Assembly (NCBI GenBank): GCA_003557385.1
Contig: PWON01000040.1
Coordinates: 17,677 to 81,676 of the forward strand
DNA from: Bacteroidales bacterium
Lineage (GTDB): Bacteria > Bacteroidota > Bacteroidia > Bacteroidales > UBA7960
Reading direction: 5' to 3'
DNA: 64,000 nt
This document shows, piece after piece, positions 46,678-54,973 of the stretch. The translations under genes and the position numbers were made by a program. How positions within the stretch are numbered: position 1 is the stretch's first letter; each line of letters begins with the position of its first letter. Below the pieces are notes generated by a model. It saw nothing but the letters and a program-made list of their open reading frames with translations, ran no database searches and had not been told where the DNA came from.

Positions 46678-46741
46678 GGCAGGATTTTTTCTAAGTTTCA
46701 GATAATCTGCAGATAAGAACCTGTCAGTCAGTCATCAGGTG

Positions 46742-47131
46742 CTAAAACGGCAAGTCGTCCTCTTCGCTTGCAGGGGGAATATACGCATCATTTGGCATGG
46801 GTGCATCATTTGACGGGGGTGCCCCCGCCGACATGGATGGATCAGGGCCGGCAAAGGATTCCTCCTGCCCTTCCCTGTTTACTTTCCAGGCCTTTACATC
46901 GGTATACCAGCGGCCGTTGAATTCACGGCTTTCAATATTTACCGACGCGATAATGAACTCCCCCTCTTTCAGTGAAAACTGGTCGATTTTATCTCCCCAC
47001 ACAGAAATACATACTTTGCGGGGGTATTGCCCCTGGGTTTCTAAGATAAAATCCTGTTTGCGCCAGGGGCCATTGCGACCCTCACCCTGCTGTTCAGGTA
47101 ATATAGAGAGAATCTTGCCGCTTATTTCCAT
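46742..47131 (-). CDS. DUF3127 (OB-fold-like) protein with an SSB-type acidic C-terminal tip
   Basis: The ORF extends to 47194, but the family-typical start is MEISGKILSILPEQQGEGRNGPWRKQDFILE (ATG at 47131). It ends ...PPASEEDDLPF. Confidence 0.7.
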   Translation of the reverse strand: MEISGKILSILPEQQGEGRNGPWRKQDFILETQGQYPRKVCISVWGDKIDQFSLKEGEFIIASVNIESREFNGRWYTDVKAWKVNREGQEESFAGPDPSMSAGAPPSNDAPMPNDAYIPPASEEDDLPF

Positions 47132-47238
47132 AATGATTGTTCCCGGTAAAGAAATAAATATTAACAGCCCAAAAGTACACGAAATTTTGTTCATATGAAA
47201 GCGCAGCGGTTCCTCCTGTTAGCATATTGCGTTCAAAT

Positions 47239-47850
47239 TCATACAACAAAACCCCGCACCCCGAAAGGGACTTCGTTGTTGTTGGCGATCACCAGCGTTT
47301 TATCAGCTTTCCAAAGATATTTCAGATTTCCGTGAATATTTATCCGTGTCATCTGATCCAGTTCGGCCCGGCTGATCAATTGATTCTTTTTATAAAAAGT
47401 GGCCTCAAACCGGCATGCATAAAAACTTTCCAGCACCACAAAACGGCCGTTTGCCTGACGCCATCTGCCCCATCGGTCGGTCCTGCGCAGATTGTTTATT
47501 TTGGGATGCAGTTGCAGCTGATTGATTCCCAGATAAGCCCCCCTGATATCGCTGATGTCAATACGGATCCGCAGGTCGTCAGACAACCTGCCGCTTAAAG
47601 AAATCACACCCAGTACATGTGCCCCGCCGCCCAATTTGCGGCTGGCTGCGATCATCCCGTATACAATGCTTGCCTCAGAGTGGTGCACAACCCAGGATGC
47701 TTCAGGCTCTTCGGGAAGCAGGTCGCGGCAATGACCCATCAAATGCAGTTTTTTGGCATCCAGCAATATACCCGGCACATAATGTTTCATGCTTACGGGC
47801 AATATGCGCAACCCGGGTATGTGTCGGTTAATAAATCTTTGCAATATCAT
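47239..47850 (-). CDS. Hypothetical 203-aa soluble, beta-rich protein, no family recognised
   Basis: Clean ORF preceded by its own AT-rich promoter region. No signal peptide or TM segment; alternating hydrophobic/polar strand-like stretches. Confidence 0.55.
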   Translation of the reverse strand: MILQRFINRHIPGLRILPVSMKHYVPGILLDAKKLHLMGHCRDLLPEEPEASWVVHHSEASIVYGMIAASRKLGGGAHVLGVISLSGRLSDDLRIRIDISDIRGAYLGINQLQLHPKINNLRRTDRWGRWRQANGRFVVLESFYACRFEATFYKKNQLISRAELDQMTRINIHGNLKYLWKADKTLVIANNNEVPFGVRGFVV

Positions 47851-47879
47851 ATTATGTAGATTTAAATTTATTTTTTGTT

Positions 47880-47887
47880 CAAATTTA
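47880..47887 (-). promoter_or_regulatory. Putative -7 promoter box for the 203-aa orphan gene
   Basis: The minus strand reads TAAATTTG (TAnnTTTG), 30 nt upstream of the ATG at 47850, within a 165-bp AT-rich divergent spacer. Confidence 0.35.
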
Positions 47888-47982
47888 ATTTATTTTATAT
47901 TACAAATAACTATTTTTTTTCGTTTAAAAAAAATATGTGCTTGCTTTCCCTTTGCACATTTTTCCGACTCATGCAAAAACAC

Positions 47983-47990
47983 TATTTTTG
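47983..47990 (+). promoter_or_regulatory. Putative -7 promoter box for the MscS-family gene
   Basis: TATTTTTG matches TAnnTTTG, 26 nt upstream of the ATG at 48016. Confidence 0.35.
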
Positions 47991-48015
47991 ATCAGGGTAT
48001 AAAAACAATCAACAC

Positions 48016-48951
48016 ATGAACCATATTAAACGATTTATCCTGCCGGTGATCATTTTCCTCCTGGCTACATTTGTAAAAAGCCTTGGCCGGCAATTGGGGA
48101 TCATACCGGAGGTTTTTTACAACAGCATGCAACCAATCGCTTCAGTATTATTTGTGATTGCAGTCGCCTGGGGCATGATCGCAGTAGTCCGCACAGCAAA
48201 GATCAAGCTTCTTGCCCGATACAATTTGGAGGTGGCAGACAATCTGCGCATACGCAAGCTGCATACCCAATACAATATCCTCGAAAAGATCCTGATCTTT
48301 GTAATCATACTGATTGCTTTGGGCATTACGCTGATGCAAATTGAGGGCGTTCGAAATATCGGGATCAGTCTTTTTGCATCGGCCGGTATTGCAGGTCTGG
48401 TAATCGGGCTGGCCGCCCAAAAAGCACTGGGAACAATCCTTGCGGGCTTCCAGATTGCCATTACCCAGCCAATCCGCCTCGACGACGTGGTAATCGTCGA
48501 GAACGAATGGGGGTGGATAGAAGAAATCAACCTGACCTATGTGGTGGTGCGGATTTGGGACAAACGCCGTTTGGTAGTGCCCACCACATATTTTCTGGAA
48601 AAACCATTTCAAAACTGGACCCGCACCTCAGCCGATATTCTTGGCACAGTGTTTATTTACACCGACTACACCATTCCCTTAAACGCCCTGCGCAAGGAGC
48701 TGACCCGCCTGCTGAAATCCAGCCCCTACTGGGATAAAAAAGTCAACGTTCTTCAGGTAACCGATGCCAAAGAAAACACTTTGGAAATAAGGGCACTTAT
48801 GAGTGCTGCCAGTTCACCGGATGCCTGGGAACTCAGGGTTTTTATCAGGGAAAAACTCGTGGAATTCATCCAGCGCGAATACCCCCATTGCCTGCCCAAA
48901 ACAAGGGTTAAGGTCAACGATCAGGCCACATCAAACCAAACAACGCAATGA
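48016..48951 (+). CDS. Mechanosensitive ion channel (MscS family)
   Basis: 311 aa with three N-terminal helices and the pore-helix region GISLFASAGIAGLVIGLAAQKALGTILAGFQIAITQPIRLDD. Confidence 0.85.
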   Translation: MNHIKRFILPVIIFLLATFVKSLGRQLGIIPEVFYNSMQPIASVLFVIAVAWGMIAVVRTAKIKLLARYNLEVADNLRIRKLHTQYNILEKILIFVIILIALGITLMQIEGVRNIGISLFASAGIAGLVIGLAAQKALGTILAGFQIAITQPIRLDDVVIVENEWGWIEEINLTYVVVRIWDKRRLVVPTTYFLEKPFQNWTRTSADILGTVFIYTDYTIPLNALRKELTRLLKSSPYWDKKVNVLQVTDAKENTLEIRALMSAASSPDAWELRVFIREKLVEFIQREYPHCLPKTRVKVNDQATSNQTTQ

Positions 48952-48994
48952 TTCCATTCATGCAATAATATTCAATGAGTAAATACCTGCAACC

Positions 48995-50359
48995 ATGTTA
49001 ACCTCTATCAATCCTGTAAATGGCCAGATTATCGCAGAATATCATGAACACAACCCGGAAGAGATCAATGCCATCATCGACCAGACAGCCCTGGCACAAA
49101 ACAATTGGGCAAAAACTGATTTTTCTGAACGGGCCGGACGCATGAAAGCCCTGGCCGGCATATTGCGCGAACGCCTGGAAATCAATGCACGCCTGATCAG
49201 CCTGGAAATGGGGAAACCCATCGTTCAATCCAGGGCAGAAATTGAGAAATGTGCCGGTGTTTGTGAATATTACGCAAAGCATGCGACCGGCTTTTTGGCC
49301 AATGAGCCGGTTCCGACCGCTGCCACCCAGAGTTATATCGCCTACCGGCCCCTGGGGGTGGTTTTGGCCGTGATGCCATGGAATTTTCCCTTTTGGCAGG
49401 TCTTTCGTTTTGCTGCCCCGGCCCTGATGGCTGGCAATGGGGCCTTACTAAAACATGCCTCCAATGTTACGGGTTCAGCCCTGGCCATCGAATCTGCTTT
49501 TGAAATGGCCGGTTTCCCGGCCAATTTATTCAGTATATTGAAGGTGCCGGGGCATAAAACGGGCGAAATCATAGGCAATCAGCATATCAAGGCGATCACC
49601 CTTACCGGGAGTGTTGGTGCCGGGCGTGCCATTGCCTCCAGGGCCGGCTCCATGCTAAAAAAAACCGTCCTGGAGCTGGGCGGGAGCGATCCGTATATTA
49701 TCCTGGAAGATGCCCATCTGGAACAGGCGGTGCAGGTATGTGTCAGCAGCCGGCTGATCAACAGCGGACAGAGTTGCATTGCCGCCAAACGTTTTGTTGT
49801 GGTACGGTCATTGCGCAAAGAATTTGAAAAACAGTTTGTTCAGGTCATGAGGGAAAAAATCATGGGAGATCCCATGAACGAGGATACGGATATCGGGCCA
49901 CAGGCCAGTGTGGCACTGCGCGATGAGTTACACAGGCAGGTCACCACCAGTGTGAAAAAAGGTACCAGATGCCTGTTGGGGGGCAGGATTCCTGACCGGG
50001 AGGGGGCATGGTACCCACCTACTGTGTTGTCCGGAGTAAAACCAGGCATGCCGGCTTACGAGGAAGAGATATTCGGACCGGTGGCGTCCATCATTGAAGC
50101 CGCCGGCGAAGCCGAAGCCATAAGGATAGCCAATGACACCGTATTCGGGTTGGGCGCTGCGGTATTTACCAGTCACGAAGACCGCGGCCGGCATATTGCC
50201 GAAACCGCTTTACATGCAGGCAGCTGCTTTGTCAACGATTCTGTCCGGTCAGATCCTCGCCTGCCCTTTGGGGGAATCGGCGACAGCGGTTACGGCAGGG
50301 AGCTTTCCTATATCGGCATCCGCGAATTCACCAACATCAAAACCGTTTATGTAAAATAA
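48995..50359 (+). CDS. NAD(P)-dependent aldehyde dehydrogenase, succinate-semialdehyde dehydrogenase-like
   Basis: 454 aa. ALDH motifs are present: MPWNFPFWQV, the catalytic region VLELGGSDP, QSCIAAKR and EEIFGPV. Confidence 0.8.
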   Translation: MLTSINPVNGQIIAEYHEHNPEEINAIIDQTALAQNNWAKTDFSERAGRMKALAGILRERLEINARLISLEMGKPIVQSRAEIEKCAGVCEYYAKHATGFLANEPVPTAATQSYIAYRPLGVVLAVMPWNFPFWQVFRFAAPALMAGNGALLKHASNVTGSALAIESAFEMAGFPANLFSILKVPGHKTGEIIGNQHIKAITLTGSVGAGRAIASRAGSMLKKTVLELGGSDPYIILEDAHLEQAVQVCVSSRLINSGQSCIAAKRFVVVRSLRKEFEKQFVQVMREKIMGDPMNEDTDIGPQASVALRDELHRQVTTSVKKGTRCLLGGRIPDREGAWYPPTVLSGVKPGMPAYEEEIFGPVASIIEAAGEAEAIRIANDTVFGLGAAVFTSHEDRGRHIAETALHAGSCFVNDSVRSDPRLPFGGIGDSGYGRELSYIGIREFTNIKTVYVK

Positions 50360-50364
50360 GGGAA

Positions 50365-52557
50365 TCAGTTGGTTTTTAGCTTTTCAAGCAATGCAATGGC
50401 CTCGGACTGCTCCCTGATCACAAATTTTGCAGCCGTTTGCGACAAACCGACTTTTACAGACCAGGCATGCTCCGGCATGGTCTGGAACAGCAACTCGTCA
50501 GACCACCCGGCACCGATGGCCAGGATAAAATCATAGGGTCTTCTGTTTAACCAGTGCATGGCAAGTTCTCCCTTGTTTATCCCACTGTTGCTGACCTCAA
50601 TGACCTTGCTGCCATGGATCACATGTGCGCTGATGTTGGTGGTAATCGAGAGGAGGTGGTCATTAACCTCTTTGACCAGATGGGAGGCTTGCTCAATGTC
50701 TGATCTATGGTAATGCCAGGCCACTGAATAATCCCGCTCCTGTAAGTAGGAACCAGGCAGGCGGTCGGTGTACATTTCCAAAATTGGGATCACCTCTTCT
50801 TTCCATTCCGATGACAGCGGCTTGAACAACCGCCATTCTTTTTCGCCGGCTTCACGGATCCAGGACCCATGTTCGGCAGTAAGGCTCAAAGGCAAAGGAC
50901 CCAGCCATTCATCCAGCTCATCCTTGCCCCTGCCACTGATGATCACTATGTCGGTCTTTACATCTGCATCCAGGTTCTCCATCAAGCCAAGCAGCGCCCT
51001 GGGCGGTTCGGCCGAAGCCGGGTACTTTGTAAAGGGCACCAGGGTGCCGTCGTAATTCACGAGGATGATCCTTTTTTTTGCTTCCACATAATTTTTTACC
51101 AGCTGACCGGTCAATGAGGCATTCAGTAATTTATTGCTGACAGAGTCCCTGGAAATGTTACTTGTTTTCAGCATATTATCCACAAAGTCAGTGGCCCATT
51201 TGGTTACGTTATAGCGCTTCAGCCGTTTCTGCATAATTCTGTTGCCCCTGATCTGGTCTTTTACGGGAATATTCAACGCCTCTGCAATCGACTCGGCTAT
51301 TTCGTCAATGCTGTTGGGGTTGATCACCACCGATTCGCTCAACTCTTTGGCAGCACCGGTGAATTCGCTCAGGATCAGCACACCTTTCTGGTCGGCAAGT
51401 GAGGCGATATACTCTTTGGCCACCAGGTTCATGCCATCTCTGAGTGGGGTCAGCAGGGCTACATCACTCATGCGATACTGTGCGATCAGTTCTTTATGCG
51501 GCAACGAGGTATACTGGTAAATAACCGGTGTCCATGTCATACTGCCGTAAGTCCCGTTAATATAGCCCACCAGCTCATCCAGGCGGCTTTTTATTTTCCG
51601 GTAAGCTCCCACATCGGTCCGTGAAGGTACCACAATCATATTCAAACAGACCTTGTTGTGCCATTCGGGATGATTCCTCAAAAAGAGTTCAAATCCTTTC
51701 AACCGGTTTACGATCCCTTTGGAATAATCGAGCCGGTCTACAGACAAAACCATTTTTGGCTTGCCTTTCCCCGGTTTGGATGAAGGGAACGGGGACACAT
51801 CCATGGTGTGGAACTTTTCAAAATCAATGCCCATCGGAAAGGTGCTTACTTCAACAGTATGGTCGGGCATGGCTATCTTTCCCATATGATTTTCTTTACC
51901 CAGTATGCGCAACACACACCGCAGAAAATGCTGTGTGTAATCATGAGTATGAAAACCTATGAGGTCAGCCCCCATAAGTCCCTCCAGGATCCCCGTACGG
52001 CTGTCTTTGTGCAGCATCCGGTACATTTCATAAGAGGGAAAGGGGATATGCAAAAAGAAGCCGATGGGGTTGCTTACCTGTTCGCGCAACATCGAAGGCA
52101 AAAGCATCAGATGGTAATCATGCACCCATATGATGTCGTCTTTTTGGATCTCTTTAAGCAACTCATCGCGGAATACCTCATTCATTCTCTTGTATTCATT
52201 CCAGTAATCCAGGTTGAAATGCGCATAATTTGGAAAATAATGGAACAACGGCCAGATGGTCCTGTTGCAAAAACCCAGGTACACTTTTTCCATCAGTTTT
52301 TTTGACAAAAAAACCGGAGAAGCCTTGAACTCTCTCTGCAAAGTGTCGCGTACAAGTGCTTCATCGCCTTTTTCAATGTCGGTCCCGGGCCAGCCCATCC
52401 ATATATAATCTTGAATGTCCGATGCTTTCCGGCCCAGTGAAACAAGATAATCGATTAGTCCGGAAACCAGTCCCCCGGCACTTTTTTCCATGCCGAACCC
52501 GTCGTTCTGCTTGTTTACAACAACCGGTAAACGGTTGGATACAATCAATAACCTCAT
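50365..52557 (-). CDS. Bifunctional trehalose-6-phosphate synthase (GT20) / trehalose-6-phosphate phosphatase fusion
   Basis: 730 aa. The N-terminus MRLLIVSNRLPVVV and the GT20 core resemble OtsA. The C-terminal HAD motif ILVNYDGTLVPF and IGAGWSDE resemble OtsB. Confidence 0.88.
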   Translation of the reverse strand: MRLLIVSNRLPVVVNKQNDGFGMEKSAGGLVSGLIDYLVSLGRKASDIQDYIWMGWPGTDIEKGDEALVRDTLQREFKASPVFLSKKLMEKVYLGFCNRTIWPLFHYFPNYAHFNLDYWNEYKRMNEVFRDELLKEIQKDDIIWVHDYHLMLLPSMLREQVSNPIGFFLHIPFPSYEMYRMLHKDSRTGILEGLMGADLIGFHTHDYTQHFLRCVLRILGKENHMGKIAMPDHTVEVSTFPMGIDFEKFHTMDVSPFPSSKPGKGKPKMVLSVDRLDYSKGIVNRLKGFELFLRNHPEWHNKVCLNMIVVPSRTDVGAYRKIKSRLDELVGYINGTYGSMTWTPVIYQYTSLPHKELIAQYRMSDVALLTPLRDGMNLVAKEYIASLADQKGVLILSEFTGAAKELSESVVINPNSIDEIAESIAEALNIPVKDQIRGNRIMQKRLKRYNVTKWATDFVDNMLKTSNISRDSVSNKLLNASLTGQLVKNYVEAKKRIILVNYDGTLVPFTKYPASAEPPRALLGLMENLDADVKTDIVIISGRGKDELDEWLGPLPLSLTAEHGSWIREAGEKEWRLFKPLSSEWKEEVIPILEMYTDRLPGSYLQERDYSVAWHYHRSDIEQASHLVKEVNDHLLSITTNISAHVIHGSKVIEVSNSGINKGELAMHWLNRRPYDFILAIGAGWSDELLFQTMPEHAWSVKVGLSQTAAKFVIREQSEAIALLEKLKTN

Positions 52558-52565
52558 ATTCTGCC

Positions 52566-54965
52566 TTATTTTTTTAGTGAAAACTCTTTTTCATCGTCGG
52601 TCTCAAAATAATATTTACGGCCGTTCACTCCAATATACACAGGATTTGCCCATCCATGACAAAAATGTACCTTTAATTTTTTGTGATCCATCTCCAGTTT
52701 AATCCAGTGGCTGCGGTAACGCACATGAAATGACAGTGACTTAATGTCGGCAGGCAATTGCGGATTCATCCAGAGCACTTCATCCCTTATCTCCAGACCC
52801 GAATAACAACGCTGAAGCAAGTCAAGGCTGCCTGCCATGGCTCCCAGGTGAATGCCTTCGTGGGTGGTGCCCCCCTGAATGTCTTTAAAATCGCTCATCA
52901 ATGCTTTTTTAAAACTTTTCCAGGAACGCCCACGATGACTTCTTGCATACACCCACGCATGGATCACCTGGCTTAAAGTAGATCCGTGTGATGTTCGCCG
53001 GTAATAATAATCTATGTTTTTGGGAATCATTTCAGGTTTGAAGGCATAACCCAACTTTTCGAAGATGGCTTGCAGTTTCTCGCAAGAGAACAAATAAAAT
53101 AGCATCAGCACATCGGCCTGTTTGCTCGCTTTGTAGCAATTCGGTGAATCGTCTTCGCTTTCCAGGATCCTGTCGAGGCGCATGGTCTCTCCGTATTTGT
53201 TCCGGTAGCGATCCCAGTCAAGTTCCTTAAGTTCTTCATAGCCTTCAAACTGTGATATAATGTCCCCTTCATGAAAAGGAATATACATTTTGGTGCTGAT
53301 CTCTTCCCAGCGTTCCTTATCCTCACCGGTGATGCCCATCTTTTCAGCCAGTTCCATGCAACAAGTTTTATTCAGCAGGCCAAGAAGCTTAATTGCGCGC
53401 TCAATGACCCAAACAGCCATCACATTGGTATAGGCATTGTTGTTAAGGCCCGGTTTCTCAATACCGGGATAGTGGGTGTGGTATTCATCAGGGCCCATCA
53501 CACCAAGTATTTCGTACCGGTCCCGGCGGGGATTGAATTGCGCGATATCAGACCAGAACAAGGCAGTGGCAAAAATAATCTCTGCCCCATAGGCATTCAG
53601 AAAATCGGCATCACCGGTACTCTGGTAGTAATGCCAGACATTATAGGGTATTGCCACATTGATATGATACTGAAGATGAGACACATCAGGAAGCCAACGT
53701 CCGGATTTGGGATTCAGGTGAATCTTCTGGGTTTCTTCACGGCCATTGCTCCCACTCTGCCACGGGAAGAGTGCACCCCTGTATCCGGCTTCCCCGGCGG
53801 CTTCATATGCTTCCGGAAGACGGCGGTACCGGTACATGAGCAGGGCGCGTGACAACTGTGGATAATGGAGGTCAATAAAGGGTTGTATATACAGTTCATC
53901 CCAGAAGATATGGCCACGGTAACCCTCCCCATGCCATCCCCGTGCCGGGATACCTATATCATAATCAATGCTGTTTTTCGATACCGTCTGATAGAGATGA
54001 AACACATGCAGACGAACAACCATCTGATCCTGCTTGCCGGAATTCACATGCATGTCATTGTAACTCCATATATTTTTCCACGACATTCTATGGCGTCGTA
54101 CCAGGTCTGCAAACCCATGCATCCGTCTAAGTTTGTTTTTGCATTCTGTAAGCGGATCACTGATGGCCACATCCCTGGAAGTATAAAGCACAGCAAGTTT
54201 TTCGATTCTGATGGGTTGCAGTTTCCGGCATTCAAGGCGATAATCTCCGGCAATGGCATCTTTCAAAGGCACCACCTTTTGTTTCAGACCCAGTGCTTCA
54301 TGATGCACATAAAACCTGGTTCTGACAGCCTGGGTCATGCGAATGTCAGACTGCCTGGTCCGGCTCGTCAAATACACGCTGTTGTCATTCAGACCACCTT
54401 TTTCAACAACCTCCAGGTGGTTTTGATTCAAATCGCTGTATCGTGCCACATTATTATTGATGACATTACCGTCTATGCCCGAACGAATGGTTACCGGACC
54501 CGACCAGTTTTCAGGGATAAAAGTCCATTCAAGTCCCGCCACATGGTAATCGTCCATGCTGACAAGCCTGCGGCTGATGATGGTAGTGATGTGGCCTTTG
54601 GCATCCTCAAAGCGCATTTTTCGCTCCAGGATCCCTTCCTTTATATTCAGTGAGGTGATAAAACCCAGTACATTCACGTCTTTCAGGCTAAACCAGGATA
54701 AATTGTCTATCCGGAATGTAAGCATCAGCCAGTTGGGCCAGTTCACCAGGTCTTCGTTTTCAATTTCCTTTCCCTGTATGGTTGATTTCATTCTGTTATA
54801 CCCTCCCGCCACGTAGGTGCCAGGGTAATTGTACCGGTTGTCCTTTTCCATCTCCAAAGACCCCCTGGTAACAAAACATCCATTGCCAAGTGCACACAAG
54901 GCTTCTTGCAACGGATGTTCATCAGGATCCCAGCATTCATATTCAAGCAACCAGCTATTTTTCAT
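52566..54965 (-). CDS. Glycoside hydrolase family 65 disaccharide phosphorylase (trehalose / trehalose-6-P / maltose / kojibiose type)
   Basis: 799 aa. N-terminal motif EALCALGNGCFVTRGSLEME. The size and central (alpha/alpha)6 region fit GH65. It starts 8 nt after the upstream gene. Confidence 0.85.
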   Translation of the reverse strand: MKNSWLLEYECWDPDEHPLQEALCALGNGCFVTRGSLEMEKDNRYNYPGTYVAGGYNRMKSTIQGKEIENEDLVNWPNWLMLTFRIDNLSWFSLKDVNVLGFITSLNIKEGILERKMRFEDAKGHITTIISRRLVSMDDYHVAGLEWTFIPENWSGPVTIRSGIDGNVINNNVARYSDLNQNHLEVVEKGGLNDNSVYLTSRTRQSDIRMTQAVRTRFYVHHEALGLKQKVVPLKDAIAGDYRLECRKLQPIRIEKLAVLYTSRDVAISDPLTECKNKLRRMHGFADLVRRHRMSWKNIWSYNDMHVNSGKQDQMVVRLHVFHLYQTVSKNSIDYDIGIPARGWHGEGYRGHIFWDELYIQPFIDLHYPQLSRALLMYRYRRLPEAYEAAGEAGYRGALFPWQSGSNGREETQKIHLNPKSGRWLPDVSHLQYHINVAIPYNVWHYYQSTGDADFLNAYGAEIIFATALFWSDIAQFNPRRDRYEILGVMGPDEYHTHYPGIEKPGLNNNAYTNVMAVWVIERAIKLLGLLNKTCCMELAEKMGITGEDKERWEEISTKMYIPFHEGDIISQFEGYEELKELDWDRYRNKYGETMRLDRILESEDDSPNCYKASKQADVLMLFYLFSCEKLQAIFEKLGYAFKPEMIPKNIDYYYRRTSHGSTLSQVIHAWVYARSHRGRSWKSFKKALMSDFKDIQGGTTHEGIHLGAMAGSLDLLQRCYSGLEIRDEVLWMNPQLPADIKSLSFHVRYRSHWIKLEMDHKKLKVHFCHGWANPVYIGVNGRKYYFETDDEKEFSLKK

Positions 54966-54973
54966 TGTTCAGC

